From positions 52,105 through 116,104 of IMG/VR virus record IMGVR_UViG_3300026522_000024: a stretch of DNA of 64,000 bases; one strand, given 5' to 3'. The DNA is from a virus. Taxonomy: Duplodnaviria; Caudoviricetes. Below the pieces are notes generated by a model. That model was not told the origin of the DNA, did no database searches, and worked only from the letters and a program-made list of their open reading frames with translations. This document shows, piece after piece, positions 1 to 9,571 of the stretch; position 1 is the first letter of the stretch; the number at the start of each line of letters is the position of its first letter. The position numbers were made by a program, and so were the translations under genes.

Positions 1-16
1 AAAGATAACATAAGTG
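1..16 (+). mobile_element. 3' end of a probable group I intron interrupting the DNA polymerase gene
   Basis: An in-frame TAA (11-13) lies directly before ...G|AAC GCA CAA CAA TTC (NAQQF). SPO1-family pol introns insert at EP^NAQQF, and group I introns end in G. Only 16 nt are visible. Confidence 0.7.
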
Positions 17-1078
17 AACGCACAACAATTCCCAAGAAAATCAGAGAATCCGTTATCTTTTCAATACCACAATGAACCTAAAGCACTATTTGGTTCTAGG
101 TTTGGGAGTAATGGGTGTGTAATGAATGCTGACTATTCTGCTCTGGAAATGAGAATTGCTTGTATTATAAGTGGTGATGAAGCACTTACTAAAGCGTTGT
201 TATCTGGTAAAGACCTTCATAAATCAACTGCTTCATTAGTATGGGGAGTACCAGTTGATGAAGTACCCAAGGATATGAGAACACGTGCAAAGTCTGTGAA
301 TTTTGGCATCATCTATGGAAAATCTGGCGTAACATTCGCTAAAGACCTTTATTATGACCCTTCAGGTGAAAATCCTAAGAAAACTGATGATTGGGATAAA
401 GCCAAGGAGGAAGGACTAAAGCTGGTAAATGACTACCTGAATACCTTTAGTGGACTGAAGCGTTGGTTGGAAAGAACCAAAAAATTTGCTTATAAGTATG
501 GGTACGTTGAGACTATGTTTGGTAGACGCAGAAGGCTTCCAGATTTACATTCTAAAGTGCCTACACTGAAGAGCAATGCTGAGAGACAAGCAATCAATGC
601 TCCTATACAGGGTACAGGTTCAGATTTGACAATGCTTTCTATAATCAATATCAATCGTTGGCTAAAGGAAAACAACAAAAAGTCAATGATTATAGCTACA
701 GTACACGATAGTATTGTATTTGATGTGTATATACCAGAACTTCCTGAGCTGTCTAAGAAGGTTAAGGAAATAATGGAGAGCGTTCATGAGCCTTATATTG
801 ATACTGTCGTACCCATTATTTCAGATTTAGAGTTGGGAGTTAACTATGGAGCCACTTTTGAAGTTACTTTGGATGAGTGTATGAATATACATAATTCTCA
901 AGAGTTTAAGGAGTGGAACCATGAAAAGTGCTTATCTAAATACAGGAAGGAAATCAAGGAATTACATGGAAAGGGATGGGAATACAAAGAAGTGATTGAT
1001 TTCCTGTCTAAGCACAACAGACCCATCAAGGAATTGTTTAATGATATTGTGGAGGAATACTCTCAAGAATCAAGTTAG
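17..1078 (+). CDS. polA: Family A DNA polymerase, 3' exon (polymerase domain)
   Basis: Motif A DYSALEMR, motif B RTRAKSVNFGIIYG, AERQAINAPIQGTGSD, motif C VHDSIVFD. Confidence 0.95.
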   Translation, partial: NAQQFPRKSENPLSFQYHNEPKALFGSRFGSNGCVMNADYSALEMRIACIISGDEALTKALLSGKDLHKSTASLVWGVPVDEVPKDMRTRAKSVNFGIIYGKSGVTFAKDLYYDPSGENPKKTDDWDKAKEEGLKLVNDYLNTFSGLKRWLERTKKFAYKYGYVETMFGRRRRLPDLHSKVPTLKSNAERQAINAPIQGTGSDLTMLSIININRWLKENNKKSMIIATVHDSIVFDVYIPELPELSKKVKEIMESVHEPYIDTVVPIISDLELGVNYGATFEVTLDECMNIHNSQEFKEWNHEKCLSKYRKEIKELHGKGWEYKEVIDFLSKHNRPIKELFNDIVEEYSQESS

Positions 1079-1088
1079 GAGGAATTGG

Positions 1089-1232
1089 ATGCATGAAAAG
1101 TATAAGATGTACAACCATACCACTGGTGCTGTTATTTATACAACAGAGCAGTTCATACAGCAGTGGGTAAATTTGGGATTTGAGGTTATACCTAATAACC
1201 TAGTGATTTTTCCTATTAGGAAGATAGCATAA
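1089..1232 (+). CDS. small hypothetical protein
   Basis: AGGAGG SD upstream of ATG 1089; packed between neighbours. Confidence 0.55.
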   Translation: MHEKYKMYNHTTGAVIYTTEQFIQQWVNLGFEVIPNNLVIFPIRKIA

Positions 1233-1244
1233 GGAGGAACAAGT

Positions 1245-1832
1245 ATGAAAACTACAGATAAGTTAACTATGGATGAACGATTCTCAGTGCTTAACATTGA
1301 AGTCAAGACTCAATCTTCTACTCATCAGGTAAATTTGGGGGATGACCTATTGATTGAGCCAGAGCATCTAAATGATGCTTTTATTGAGCAGCCAGCTAAA
1401 TTTGCATACTGGGCAACGGTAGCACTTCAGGCTAAGTCTTTGGTAGATAAGAAAAAGCTGGAAGTAGACAAACAGGAGGACTACCTGAAGAAAAACCTTA
1501 TTGGTGAATTAGACAGAGAAGTCAGGAAGGAAATGGAACTCAATGGTGAGAAAATCACTGAAGCTAAAGTTACCAATGGTATATATACTCATGAAAGGTA
1601 TCAAGAGGAACAGGCTAAATACTACCAATTAAAGGAAGAACTACTGGAACTCCAAAATAAATTTGCTGTTCTGGATATGGCTAAAGAGTCTATGAATCAG
1701 CGTAAAGATATGTTGATATCACTGGGTGCTCAGCTTAGAATGGAAGGAAACAACGCAGACCTTACAATTAAGGCAGAGGCAGCAAAGAAGGTGATTGGTG
1801 CTAACAAGAGAACAGCAATTAAAAGCAAGTAA
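1245..1832 (+). CDS. UvsY-like recombination mediator (coiled-coil)
   Basis: Helical protein with EQPAKFAYWA; lies between pol and SSB/RecA as in SPO1-like phages. Confidence 0.5.
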   Translation: MKTTDKLTMDERFSVLNIEVKTQSSTHQVNLGDDLLIEPEHLNDAFIEQPAKFAYWATVALQAKSLVDKKKLEVDKQEDYLKKNLIGELDREVRKEMELNGEKITEAKVTNGIYTHERYQEEQAKYYQLKEELLELQNKFAVLDMAKESMNQRKDMLISLGAQLRMEGNNADLTIKAEAAKKVIGANKRTAIKSK

Positions 1833-1905
1833 TCATGAGATTTCTAGGGTAAACCTTTATTCATTGTAGGTTGTTTATTTTTGATAAAAATAGGAGGAAC
1901 ACAAT

Positions 1906-2844
1906 ATGGGAAAACTTAACATGAAAGCTATGAATGCAGCTCAGGCTAGAGAGGCAGAACGTGGTAGAGGTAATGCGCAATATGATAAGCTGGTTCAAGG
2001 TAAGAATGTACGCAGACTGCTGTGGCCAAAGGGTGATAAGGAGTCATTCTACAGTGAGGGGTATGTACATTTTGGCTTAGGTGAAGATGGTAAGACAATG
2101 GTCACCTGCCCTAAGACATTTGATAGCCATAATCGTTGCCCTGTGTGCGAATATGTAGAGCAGCTTCAGAAGTCTAAGGACAAAGATGACAAGAAGATGG
2201 CTAACGACATCAAGGCAAGACGTAGAATTTATGTTAATGTGATTAACAGAGATTCTGATGATGAGGAAGATACACCTAAAGTGCTTCCTATTGGTGTTAC
2301 AATCCTGAAAGGGCTGTTGGACATCATTTGTGACCCAGACTATGGTGACATCACTGATTACAACGAAGGCAGAGACATTACTATCAAGCGTACAGGTCAA
2401 GGACTCAAGACTGAGTACTCTGTAATTGCTAAGCCTAATGCTAGTGTTGCTTCTGAGTCAATGTCTGAGGAAGAACTGGAAGAAAAGATGCCTGATTTGG
2501 ATTCTATGTTCCATGAAAAGACCTATGAGGAACTTGAAGACATTCTTAATGGCGGTGATGGTTCTACTGAAGAGGATGACGATGAGGAAGAATCCGATGA
2601 GGATGAAGAACTGGAATATGATGACATGGAACTGTCTGAGTTGAAGGCACTCTGTAAAGAACGTGGTATTTCACTGCCTGCTAAGGTGTCTAAAATCAAG
2701 CTCATTACTCTTCTCACGAAGTATGATGAAGAAGCTGAAAGTGAGGCTGAATCTGAAGAGGATGACGATGAGGAAGAATCCGATGATGCCGATGAAGTAA
2801 AGGATGCCATTGCTAAGGCTATTGCTAAAAGACGTAAGAAGTAA
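1906..2844 (+). CDS. single-stranded DNA-binding protein (gp32-like) with a SAP/HeH-like module in an acidic tail
   Basis: H..CPKT..CPVC Zn site, DITDYNEGRDITIKRTGQG, very acidic C-terminus, next to recA. Confidence 0.8.
   Translation: MGKLNMKAMNAAQAREAERGRGNAQYDKLVQGKNVRRLLWPKGDKESFYSEGYVHFGLGEDGKTMVTCPKTFDSHNRCPVCEYVEQLQKSKDKDDKKMANDIKARRRIYVNVINRDSDDEEDTPKVLPIGVTILKGLLDIICDPDYGDITDYNEGRDITIKRTGQGLKTEYSVIAKPNASVASESMSEEELEEKMPDLDSMFHEKTYEELEDILNGGDGSTEEDDDEEESDEDEELEYDDMELSELKALCKERGISLPAKVSKIKLITLLTKYDEEAESEAESEEDDDEEESDDADEVKDAIAKAIAKRRKK
2567..2786 (+). repeat. 34-bp perfect direct repeat, two copies (2567-2600 and 2753-2786)
   Basis: CTGAAGAGGATGACGATGAGGAAGAATCCGATGA occurs twice, 186 bp apart. 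Confidence 0.9.
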
Positions 2845-2870
2845 GCCTAGTATAGATTACACATAAATTA

Positions 2871-2900
2871 TAGGGTGAGGTGTATTCCTCACCCTAATTT
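2871..2900 (+). terminator. intergenic hairpin / possible terminator
   Basis: AGGGTGAGG-tgtatt-CCTCACCCT followed by AATTT. Confidence 0.5.
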
Positions 2901-2918
2901 GTAGGAGGGATAGCAAAT

Positions 2919-4016
2919 ATGGCTAAAAATGTGAAGCGTAAGCCAGTAATAACTCCAGAGGAAACAGATGAAGATGTGCAGTTTCTTCAGGAATTAGCTG
3001 ATAAAGTCAATAAAACCTTAGAGCGTGATACCATTATGGTAGGTGACAACGTAGGTGACTCTAATGTACCATATTGGATATTGACTGGTATTCCAGCATT
3101 GGATTTTGCTATTGGTGGCAAGTGTCATCCAGGCATTCCAGGTGCTAGAATTACAGAGATATTTGGTCCAGAGGCAGTTGGTAAATCTACGCTCACACTG
3201 TGGATAATGAAGCAAGCTATAGAGCAGCAGAAGGCTATTGCTTATCATCAGGACGCAGAGAGGGTGCTTACTCCAGAAATCATTAAGGGTACTGGTATTA
3301 ACATGAATAGAGTTATGCGTGACCAACCAGATACCTTAGAGGAAGCATTTGACGCACAGGAAGCAATGCTAGAGGAATTGCAAGGCAGAAAGAGTGCTGT
3401 AGTAACCATACTGGATTCAATTGCTGCTTGCTCTACAATGGCTGAGATTGAAGGGGACATGGGAGACCAACAGGTTGGTAGCCATGCTAGGGTAATGAGT
3501 AAGGGGTTGCGTAAGATTAAGTCAGCAATTCTTGAGTCTTATGTCCTTTCACTTTGGGTTAACCAGACTAGAGAGAAGATTGGTGGAACTTCTTGGGGAG
3601 ATAATACTACTACATTTGGTGGTAAGGCAATGTCCTTCTATGCTTCTGTACGTATAAAGCTGTCTAAGATTAAGACGCTGAAAAAGAACAAGGACAGTGA
3701 TGCCTATGGTTGTACTATTGAGGCTACTGTTGTAAAAGATAAGGTAGCACCACCACTGCGTAAGGCTCACTATGATATTCTCTTTATTCAAGATAAAGAT
3801 GGAAGCTATCCAAAGTTGGATATTGAGGGTGCTTTGCTTGATTGGTGTAGAGATAATGATTTAATTGGTGGTAATAAGTCATCTGGTAGATACGAACTCA
3901 ATGGCAAGAATTTGTATAGAGACCAAGCCAGGCGGATGCTTATGGATGACCCAGAATTGTTTAGAGAAATTTGGGACTTGGCGTATTCATTGGCTACTCC
4001 ATTGGAATCTGAATAA
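2919..4016 (+). CDS. recA: RecA/UvsX-like recombinase
   Basis: Walker A GPEAVGKST, ILDSIAA, ARVMSKGLRK, NQTREKIG, GGKAMSFYASVRI, KVAPP. Confidence 0.95.
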   Translation: MAKNVKRKPVITPEETDEDVQFLQELADKVNKTLERDTIMVGDNVGDSNVPYWILTGIPALDFAIGGKCHPGIPGARITEIFGPEAVGKSTLTLWIMKQAIEQQKAIAYHQDAERVLTPEIIKGTGINMNRVMRDQPDTLEEAFDAQEAMLEELQGRKSAVVTILDSIAACSTMAEIEGDMGDQQVGSHARVMSKGLRKIKSAILESYVLSLWVNQTREKIGGTSWGDNTTTFGGKAMSFYASVRIKLSKIKTLKKNKDSDAYGCTIEATVVKDKVAPPLRKAHYDILFIQDKDGSYPKLDIEGALLDWCRDNDLIGGNKSSGRYELNGKNLYRDQARRMLMDDPELFREIWDLAYSLATPLESE

Positions 4017-4096
4017 TACAGATAAGCAATAAACTAGAGCAGCCTATACCACATGGGCTGCTCTATTGATAATAGTACTATTTATAGGAGGATAAC

Positions 4097-5056
4097 ATGA
4101 GAGGGCTACACTTAATTTTTGATGGTAATAATACCAGTTATAGAGCCAATGCCGTTACTGAATTGTACACTAAGCAGGGTGAACGTACTTCAGCTATCAT
4201 AGGCACTTTGAATATAACTCATGCAACAATGGAAAACCTCACTAAAGAACTCAAGATGCCTATTAAGGAAGTCATTTATGCTTGGGATATGGGGCATTCT
4301 CCACGTAGAACTTCTGTATTTCCAGAGTATAAAGGAAACAGGAAAAAGACCTTCACTCCAGAGGACTCAGAATGGATGGAGGAATTTATACATCAGGCTA
4401 ATGTATTACATGAAAACCTTCCTATGCTGGGAATTAAATCCTATCGAAAAAAGGGCTGGGAGGGTGACGATATAGTGCTAGGCATAGTGGAAGAAATTGA
4501 CCGAAAATCCCCAGAAGACATCTCAGTGATTATTTCTACTGATGAGGACTTTCACCAGCTTATTTCGCCATCTACGCACGTTTATTCACCAATTAAGAAA
4601 ATACTGTTTACTTTAGACAATTATAAGGAACTTACTGGCATAGACCATGAGAACTTTTTGACGTATAAAATACTTAAAGGTGACTCCTCTGATGGTATTC
4701 CAGGTATCCCAGGCATTGGAGAAAAGACAGCTAAAACACTTGTTAACACATATGGTTCTCTTGATACCTTGCTAGAAGCAGGAGAAGAACTGAGAAAATC
4801 CAAAAGAACAGCAAAGATTTTTACACACGAAGGGCTGTCTATTTTGGATAGAAACAATAAGCTGATAAACCTAAGAGATTATGTTGATTTGTCAGAGATA
4901 CAAGATGATATATCAGAACTCTTGGAAGATGAGCCTGTGGTTGATGAAAAAGCCACTAAAGCCTTTCTCATGAGATACCAGCTTACATCTATTTTGGTGA
5001 AATTCAAAAGTTGGATAGAAGTTTTCTCTGAGGCTGTTGATAATTTTTACGAATAG
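4097..5056 (+). CDS. 5'-3' exonuclease / flap endonuclease (RNase H-like)
   Basis: FDGNN, YKGNR, EGDDI, STDEDFHQL, H3TH motif GDSSDGIPGIPGIGEKTA. Confidence 0.93.
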   Translation: MRGLHLIFDGNNTSYRANAVTELYTKQGERTSAIIGTLNITHATMENLTKELKMPIKEVIYAWDMGHSPRRTSVFPEYKGNRKKTFTPEDSEWMEEFIHQANVLHENLPMLGIKSYRKKGWEGDDIVLGIVEEIDRKSPEDISVIISTDEDFHQLISPSTHVYSPIKKILFTLDNYKELTGIDHENFLTYKILKGDSSDGIPGIPGIGEKTAKTLVNTYGSLDTLLEAGEELRKSKRTAKIFTHEGLSILDRNNKLINLRDYVDLSEIQDDISELLEDEPVVDEKATKAFLMRYQLTSILVKFKSWIEVFSEAVDNFYE

Positions 5057-5084
5057 AATATTATGTAAATACAGGAGATTATTC

Positions 5085-5558
5085 ATGGAAAACATAGACA
5101 AATGGCTAAATAAATTAGCCAACAATAAAGTGAGGGCAGATAACTCAGTAGATAAAGACGGTGTAATCATGGTTTGTAATTTTAGGGAAGTACCAGATAC
5201 TAACACCATGATTTTTATGATAACTATGGTGAAAAATCATACAAAAACAAATACTGCTTTACCTCCACAGTTGTTCAGGAATATGATGAACATAGTGGAT
5301 AATTCCATAGGCTCAGAGGCATATAACTGCCCTGAAAGTATCAAGGAATCTGGACACTTTGAATCTTGTAACACAATACCTAAAGCTAATGACTGGCAGA
5401 AAAAGCTGAACTGCCATAGATTCTTTTTTATACCATACTTACATGTACTGTATATGGAAAATGCTTTATTTAGTGAAAACCACAAAAAACTCTTAAAAAG
5501 CTATGGGATTTCTGGTATACAGATAAAATCCTCATATAGCTTTTGTATTTCTTTGTAG
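5085..5558 (+). CDS. hypothetical protein
   Basis: ORF with AGGAG SD. Confidence 0.55.
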   Translation: MENIDKWLNKLANNKVRADNSVDKDGVIMVCNFREVPDTNTMIFMITMVKNHTKTNTALPPQLFRNMMNIVDNSIGSEAYNCPESIKESGHFESCNTIPKANDWQKKLNCHRFFFIPYLHVLYMENALFSENHKKLLKSYGISGIQIKSSYSFCISL

Positions 5559-5586
5559 GCTTTTGTTTAGTTATGAGGTGATTCAG

Positions 5587-6912
5587 ATGATAGTAGTAAA
5601 ACGTGATGGAAACAAGGCAGAGTTTAATGGACAGAAGATTGTGGACGCAATTTCTAAGGCAGGATTTGTAGATGATGCAGTCAAGCGTCAAATTGCTGAA
5701 GAGATAGCAATGGAAGCAAGTGAATTCGGAGATAGCATTACTGTAGAGCAGATTCAGGATTCAGTAGAGAGGAAATTGATGGCTTCCAACTATAAGAGTG
5801 TAGCAAGAGAGTATATTCGCTACAGATATAAGAGAGAAATCATCAGGAAGAATAACCAGCTTCAGCGTAATATACTGGAGATTGTTTCCGCTAAGAATGA
5901 GTACGTAAATGGTGAGAACTCTAACAAGAACCCACAGATACTTTCTACTCAGCGTGATTACATGGCTGGTGAAGTATCTAAGGATTTGACTATGAAGATG
6001 CTTCTTCCTGACGATATAGTAGAAGCACACAAGAAGGGCATTATTCATTTTCATGATTCAGATTACTTTGCTCAAACCATGCACAACTGCTGCTTGGTTA
6101 ATCTGGAGGATATGCTTCAGAATGGTACGGTTATCAGCAAGACACTCATTGAGAAGCCACACTCATTCGCTACAGCCTGTAACGTAGCAACCCAGATTAT
6201 GGCTCAGGTAGCATCTAACCAGTATGGTGGTCAGAGTGTTACTTTGTCTCATTTAGCACCATTCGTAGACGTATCTAGGCAGAAGATTCGTGCTGAGGTC
6301 AAGGCAGAGTATGAGAGAATGGTTGCTGATGGTGATATTCCTGCTATGCCCAGTGAGGAAAGCATATTCAAGATTGCTGAAGGCAGACTGAAGACTGAGG
6401 TTAAGAGAGGTGTTCAGACCATACAGTATCAGGTTAATACTCTTATGACCACTAATGGGCAAACTCCATTTGTTACGGTATTCATGTATATCAATGAAGT
6501 GCCTGATGGAACTATTCGTGATGACTTGGCAATGATTATCGAGGAAGTATTGAAACAGCGTTATCAAGGCACTAAGAACGAAAAAGGTGTGTGGGTAACA
6601 CCTGCCTTCCCTAAGCTGGTATATGTTACTACAGAAAACAACATCAAGGAAGGCACTAAATATTGGTATCTGACTGAGTTGGCTGCTAAGTGTACTGCTA
6701 GAAGGCTTGTACCTGACTATGTTTCTGAAAAGATGCTTATAAGATACAAGTATCCAGATGAAAATTTACAAACTATTAAATACCGTAGAGACCATTGGGG
6801 TGATGAGTATATGTATGGTAAAAACCCATTTAAGGAGTTGACTGACGATGAGTGTGAAATCCTTGAAAAGTATGCCAAAGAGTTACGTAAAGAACAGAAT
6901 TTTATGGTATAG
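5587..6912 (+). CDS. nrdD: anaerobic (class III) ribonucleotide reductase, N-terminal half with ATP cone
   Basis: VVKRDG ATP cone, ENSNKN, IHFHD, HNCCL, SNQYGGQS, GQTPFVT, FPKLVY, VPDYVSEK; stops before the MGCR finger loop. Confidence 0.92.
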   Translation: MIVVKRDGNKAEFNGQKIVDAISKAGFVDDAVKRQIAEEIAMEASEFGDSITVEQIQDSVERKLMASNYKSVAREYIRYRYKREIIRKNNQLQRNILEIVSAKNEYVNGENSNKNPQILSTQRDYMAGEVSKDLTMKMLLPDDIVEAHKKGIIHFHDSDYFAQTMHNCCLVNLEDMLQNGTVISKTLIEKPHSFATACNVATQIMAQVASNQYGGQSVTLSHLAPFVDVSRQKIRAEVKAEYERMVADGDIPAMPSEESIFKIAEGRLKTEVKRGVQTIQYQVNTLMTTNGQTPFVTVFMYINEVPDGTIRDDLAMIIEEVLKQRYQGTKNEKGVWVTPAFPKLVYVTTENNIKEGTKYWYLTELAAKCTARRLVPDYVSEKMLIRYKYPDENLQTIKYRRDHWGDEYMYGKNPFKELTDDECEILEKYAKELRKEQNFMV

Positions 6913-7090
6913 TCCGAGGTATCTGGAATTTTGTTTTTTAATAATGGCTCTGGTAATGGTACTCACCAAAAATAGCTTTTTACTGACACTTACTCTTTTA
7001 GTAGATACTGAATTTTGGTTTGACAATAAATGCATTAAAGATGTGTATAAGGTAACAAAAATAAGCTAATTGCAGACAGGAGGTCTAAAG

Positions 7091-7852
7091 ATGAACAAGA
7101 AAATTATCAATAAACGTCATAGTTTGTGGTATAATAAGCGCCGTCCCTATAACCTTTTTGTTGACCTCTCAAATTACATTAAAGTTGCCCTTCGTTCTTA
7201 CATCTTATGGATTGAAAAATATATTAAGGAAGATGAGTTACAAGAAGTATTGAAGAACTTTAATAAAGCTATGGGAAGTCAAGATAAAAATAAACAAGAC
7301 TTGCTTGATGTTCTAAAAAAGATATACTTTTCTTTTGAAGAAGCATCTCTTAATTTTCCTAATTCCCCTTGGTACATTTGGTGGAAGAACGAGAATTATA
7401 ATGATTGCTTAATTCCATATAATGCAAAAGAAGCCGAAAAGAACTATAGGTATGATATTAATAGTGGGATTAGACTATATGCTAATCTTATAGAATTTAT
7501 TTCTAGTACATGGGTGAGCTATAGTTATGTTATAACTGATAAAGCACGTATTTGTCAACTAGAAAGAATTGACAAAAATCTAAATAGAGTATATGCTTTT
7601 GATGATGACCAAGTATGGTATATTTATGAAGGTCTCATTGCTTTTAAGAACGCAAAAAGATATAGCGTTCCTTGCGATACGTCAGAAGATGGTTGGGAGA
7701 AACATCTTGATGATATGATTTTCACATTTCACGAGATTACTCATTGCCATGAATTTTCTGATAAATATGATGCTAAAGAGTACGAAAAGAAATACAATCG
7801 TGGAAAAGAGCTTTTTGGAAAGTGTTTTCTTGATTTGTGGGATTGTAAATAA
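7091..7852 (+). CDS. hypothetical protein inserted between the two nrdD halves
   Basis: AGGAGG SD, AT-rich; the C-terminus WEKHLDDMIFTF...GKELFGKCFLDLWD resembles a common phage hypothetical; no HNH, GIY-YIG or LAGLIDADG motif seen. Confidence 0.8.
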   Translation: MNKKIINKRHSLWYNKRRPYNLFVDLSNYIKVALRSYILWIEKYIKEDELQEVLKNFNKAMGSQDKNKQDLLDVLKKIYFSFEEASLNFPNSPWYIWWKNENYNDCLIPYNAKEAEKNYRYDINSGIRLYANLIEFISSTWVSYSYVITDKARICQLERIDKNLNRVYAFDDDQVWYIYEGLIAFKNAKRYSVPCDTSEDGWEKHLDDMIFTFHEITHCHEFSDKYDAKEYEKKYNRGKELFGKCFLDLWDCK

Positions 7853-7865
7853 TGAGGTGATTATC

Positions 7866-8969
7866 TTGAATACTTTGAAAAATGCTGCTCAAGAAATAAT
7901 GGAAAAACATGGAATATCAGAGAATCAAATTTGTCCCAAGGCTTATCCTCCTATGGGCTGTAGAAGTTTTTTGACTCCTGACTATGTACACTATAAGACA
8001 TATGGAAGAATGAATCAGGGTGTTGTAACAATCAACCTTCCTGATGTAGCACTCACAGCAGTCCGTGAGGCTAAGTCTAAGAATACTGATGTATATGATG
8101 AATTCTGGAGCATCTTTGAAGAAAGATTGGAATTGTGTCACAGAGGACTTCAGCAGCGTCATCAACGTCTTAAAGGTACTATTTCCGATGTGAGCCCAAT
8201 TCACTGGCAATATGGTGCTTTGGCTAGATTGAAAAAGGGCGAAAAGATTGATAAGCTGCTGTATGGTGGGTATTCAACTATTTCTCTGGGATATGCTGGT
8301 CTTTATGAGTGCGTAAAAGCTATCACTGGTAAATCTCATACGGATGATTCAGCTAAACCATTTGCTATGGCTATTATGCGTAAGTTAAATGATAAGTGTG
8401 CTGAATGGAGAAAGGCTGAGAATATAGCATACAGTCTGTATGGTACTCCTATTGAGAGCACTACAGGGAAGTTTGCTAGGTGTTTACAGAAGAGGTTTGG
8501 TATCATTAAGGACATCACAGACCACGATTACATCACCAATAGCTACCATGTAAATGTTAGAGAAGAAATTGACCCATTTAAGAAGCTCAATTTTGAGGCT
8601 GAATTCCAGCAGCTCAGTCCAGGCGGTGCTATTAGCTACATTGAGACTGGTCACCTTGAAGATAACATTCCAGCAGTATTGGAAGTTATAAAGTACATGT
8701 ATGACCACATTTTGTATGCTGAGTTGAATACTAAATCTGACTACTGCCATGAGTGTGGATATACTGGGGATATTGCTATTTATACTGATGAACATGGTAA
8801 GTTAGGTTGGAAGTGCCCCCAGTGTGGAAATACCAATCAGAACAAGATGAATGTAGCAAGACGTACATGCGGTTATATAGGAGCAAATTTCTGGTCTCAA
8901 GGAAGAACTGCAGAAATCAAGGATAGATTCGTTCACTTAGGAGGAAATGGCATAACAACTAAGGAGTGA
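7866..8969 (+). CDS. nrdD: anaerobic ribonucleotide reductase, C-terminal half (finger-loop Cys, Zn site, glycyl radical)
   Basis: Own SD GAGGTGA plus TTG start; MGCRSFL, GRMNQGVVTINL, YGTPIES, YITNSYHV, CHECG..CPQCG, RRTCGYIG. Confidence 0.92.
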   Translation: MNTLKNAAQEIMEKHGISENQICPKAYPPMGCRSFLTPDYVHYKTYGRMNQGVVTINLPDVALTAVREAKSKNTDVYDEFWSIFEERLELCHRGLQQRHQRLKGTISDVSPIHWQYGALARLKKGEKIDKLLYGGYSTISLGYAGLYECVKAITGKSHTDDSAKPFAMAIMRKLNDKCAEWRKAENIAYSLYGTPIESTTGKFARCLQKRFGIIKDITDHDYITNSYHVNVREEIDPFKKLNFEAEFQQLSPGGAISYIETGHLEDNIPAVLEVIKYMYDHILYAELNTKSDYCHECGYTGDIAIYTDEHGKLGWKCPQCGNTNQNKMNVARRTCGYIGANFWSQGRTAEIKDRFVHLGGNGITTKE

Positions 8970-9466
8970 AACTTATGAATATACATGGAATAACTCAGTT
9001 TGACACAGCTAATGGGTTAGGAATTGGTACAGTACTTTGGGTAAGCGGTTGCGAGCACCATTGTTTGAATTGTCATAATCCTCAGACTTGGGATAGAAAA
9101 TCTGGTAGGTACTTTGACCATACTGGTAAGGATTTGGATTTTCTGTTGAAAACTTTAGAGCCAGACTATATATCTCGACTGACCATATCTGGTGGTGACC
9201 CACTTCACCCATTCAACAGGTGGACAGTAGGATTTATACTGAATGCTGTAAAGCAGGTTCATCCAGAAGTAAAGACTTGGTTGTATACTGGATATGAGTG
9301 GGAGCAAGCCAAGGACATCATAAAGCCTTTTGCGTATGCTTTGGATTATCTGGTAGATGGGAGATTCATTGAATCCTTGAAAGATTTGAACCTTCCATAT
9401 AGAGGAAGCAGTAACCAACATATAATAGATGTGAAAACTGGAAATATTGTTGATTTTTCCAAGTAA
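8966..9466 (+). CDS. nrdG: anaerobic RNR activating radical-SAM protein
   Basis: CEHHCLNCHN, SGGDPL, YTGY, LVDGRF, RGSSNQ. Confidence 0.95.
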   Translation: MKLMNIHGITQFDTANGLGIGTVLWVSGCEHHCLNCHNPQTWDRKSGRYFDHTGKDLDFLLKTLEPDYISRLTISGGDPLHPFNRWTVGFILNAVKQVHPEVKTWLYTGYEWEQAKDIIKPFAYALDYLVDGRFIESLKDLNLPYRGSSNQHIIDVKTGNIVDFSK

Positions 9467-9469
9467 GAG

Positions 9470-9504
9470 AAAAGCACTATCCTATAAAATGGGTAGTGCT
9501 TTTC
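9470..9504 (+). terminator. rho-independent terminator
   Basis: AAAAGCACTATCC-loop-GGGTAGTGCTTTT. Confidence 0.7.
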
Positions 9505-9571
9505 ATATTTAGCTGAGATTTACTATGTGGTTTCTTTACTTATATAAATGTGTTTTATAGGGGGTATCACA

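Noticed and set aside
6780-6920. GTAGAGACCA and GGTATAGTCC resemble group I intron R/S elements at the nrdD break
   Set aside because: P7 pairing is imperfect, no P3/P4/P6 or P1 could be built, and the C-half has its own SD and start. Not fully excluded without RT-PCR or a covariance search.
6910-7020. TAG readthrough or an alternative genetic code rejoining nrdD
   Set aside because: The frame hits another TAG, then TGA and TAA, within about 110 nt. The halves are in different frames, and TAG ends normal genes elsewhere.
7020-7051. TTGACA...TATAAG promoter before the nrdD-inserted ORF
   Set aside because: The spacer is 20 bp, too long for a confident call.
6750-7950. Split intein in nrdD
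   Set aside because: No N-terminal C/S block after the break and no HN-C/S/T motif before MGCRSF.
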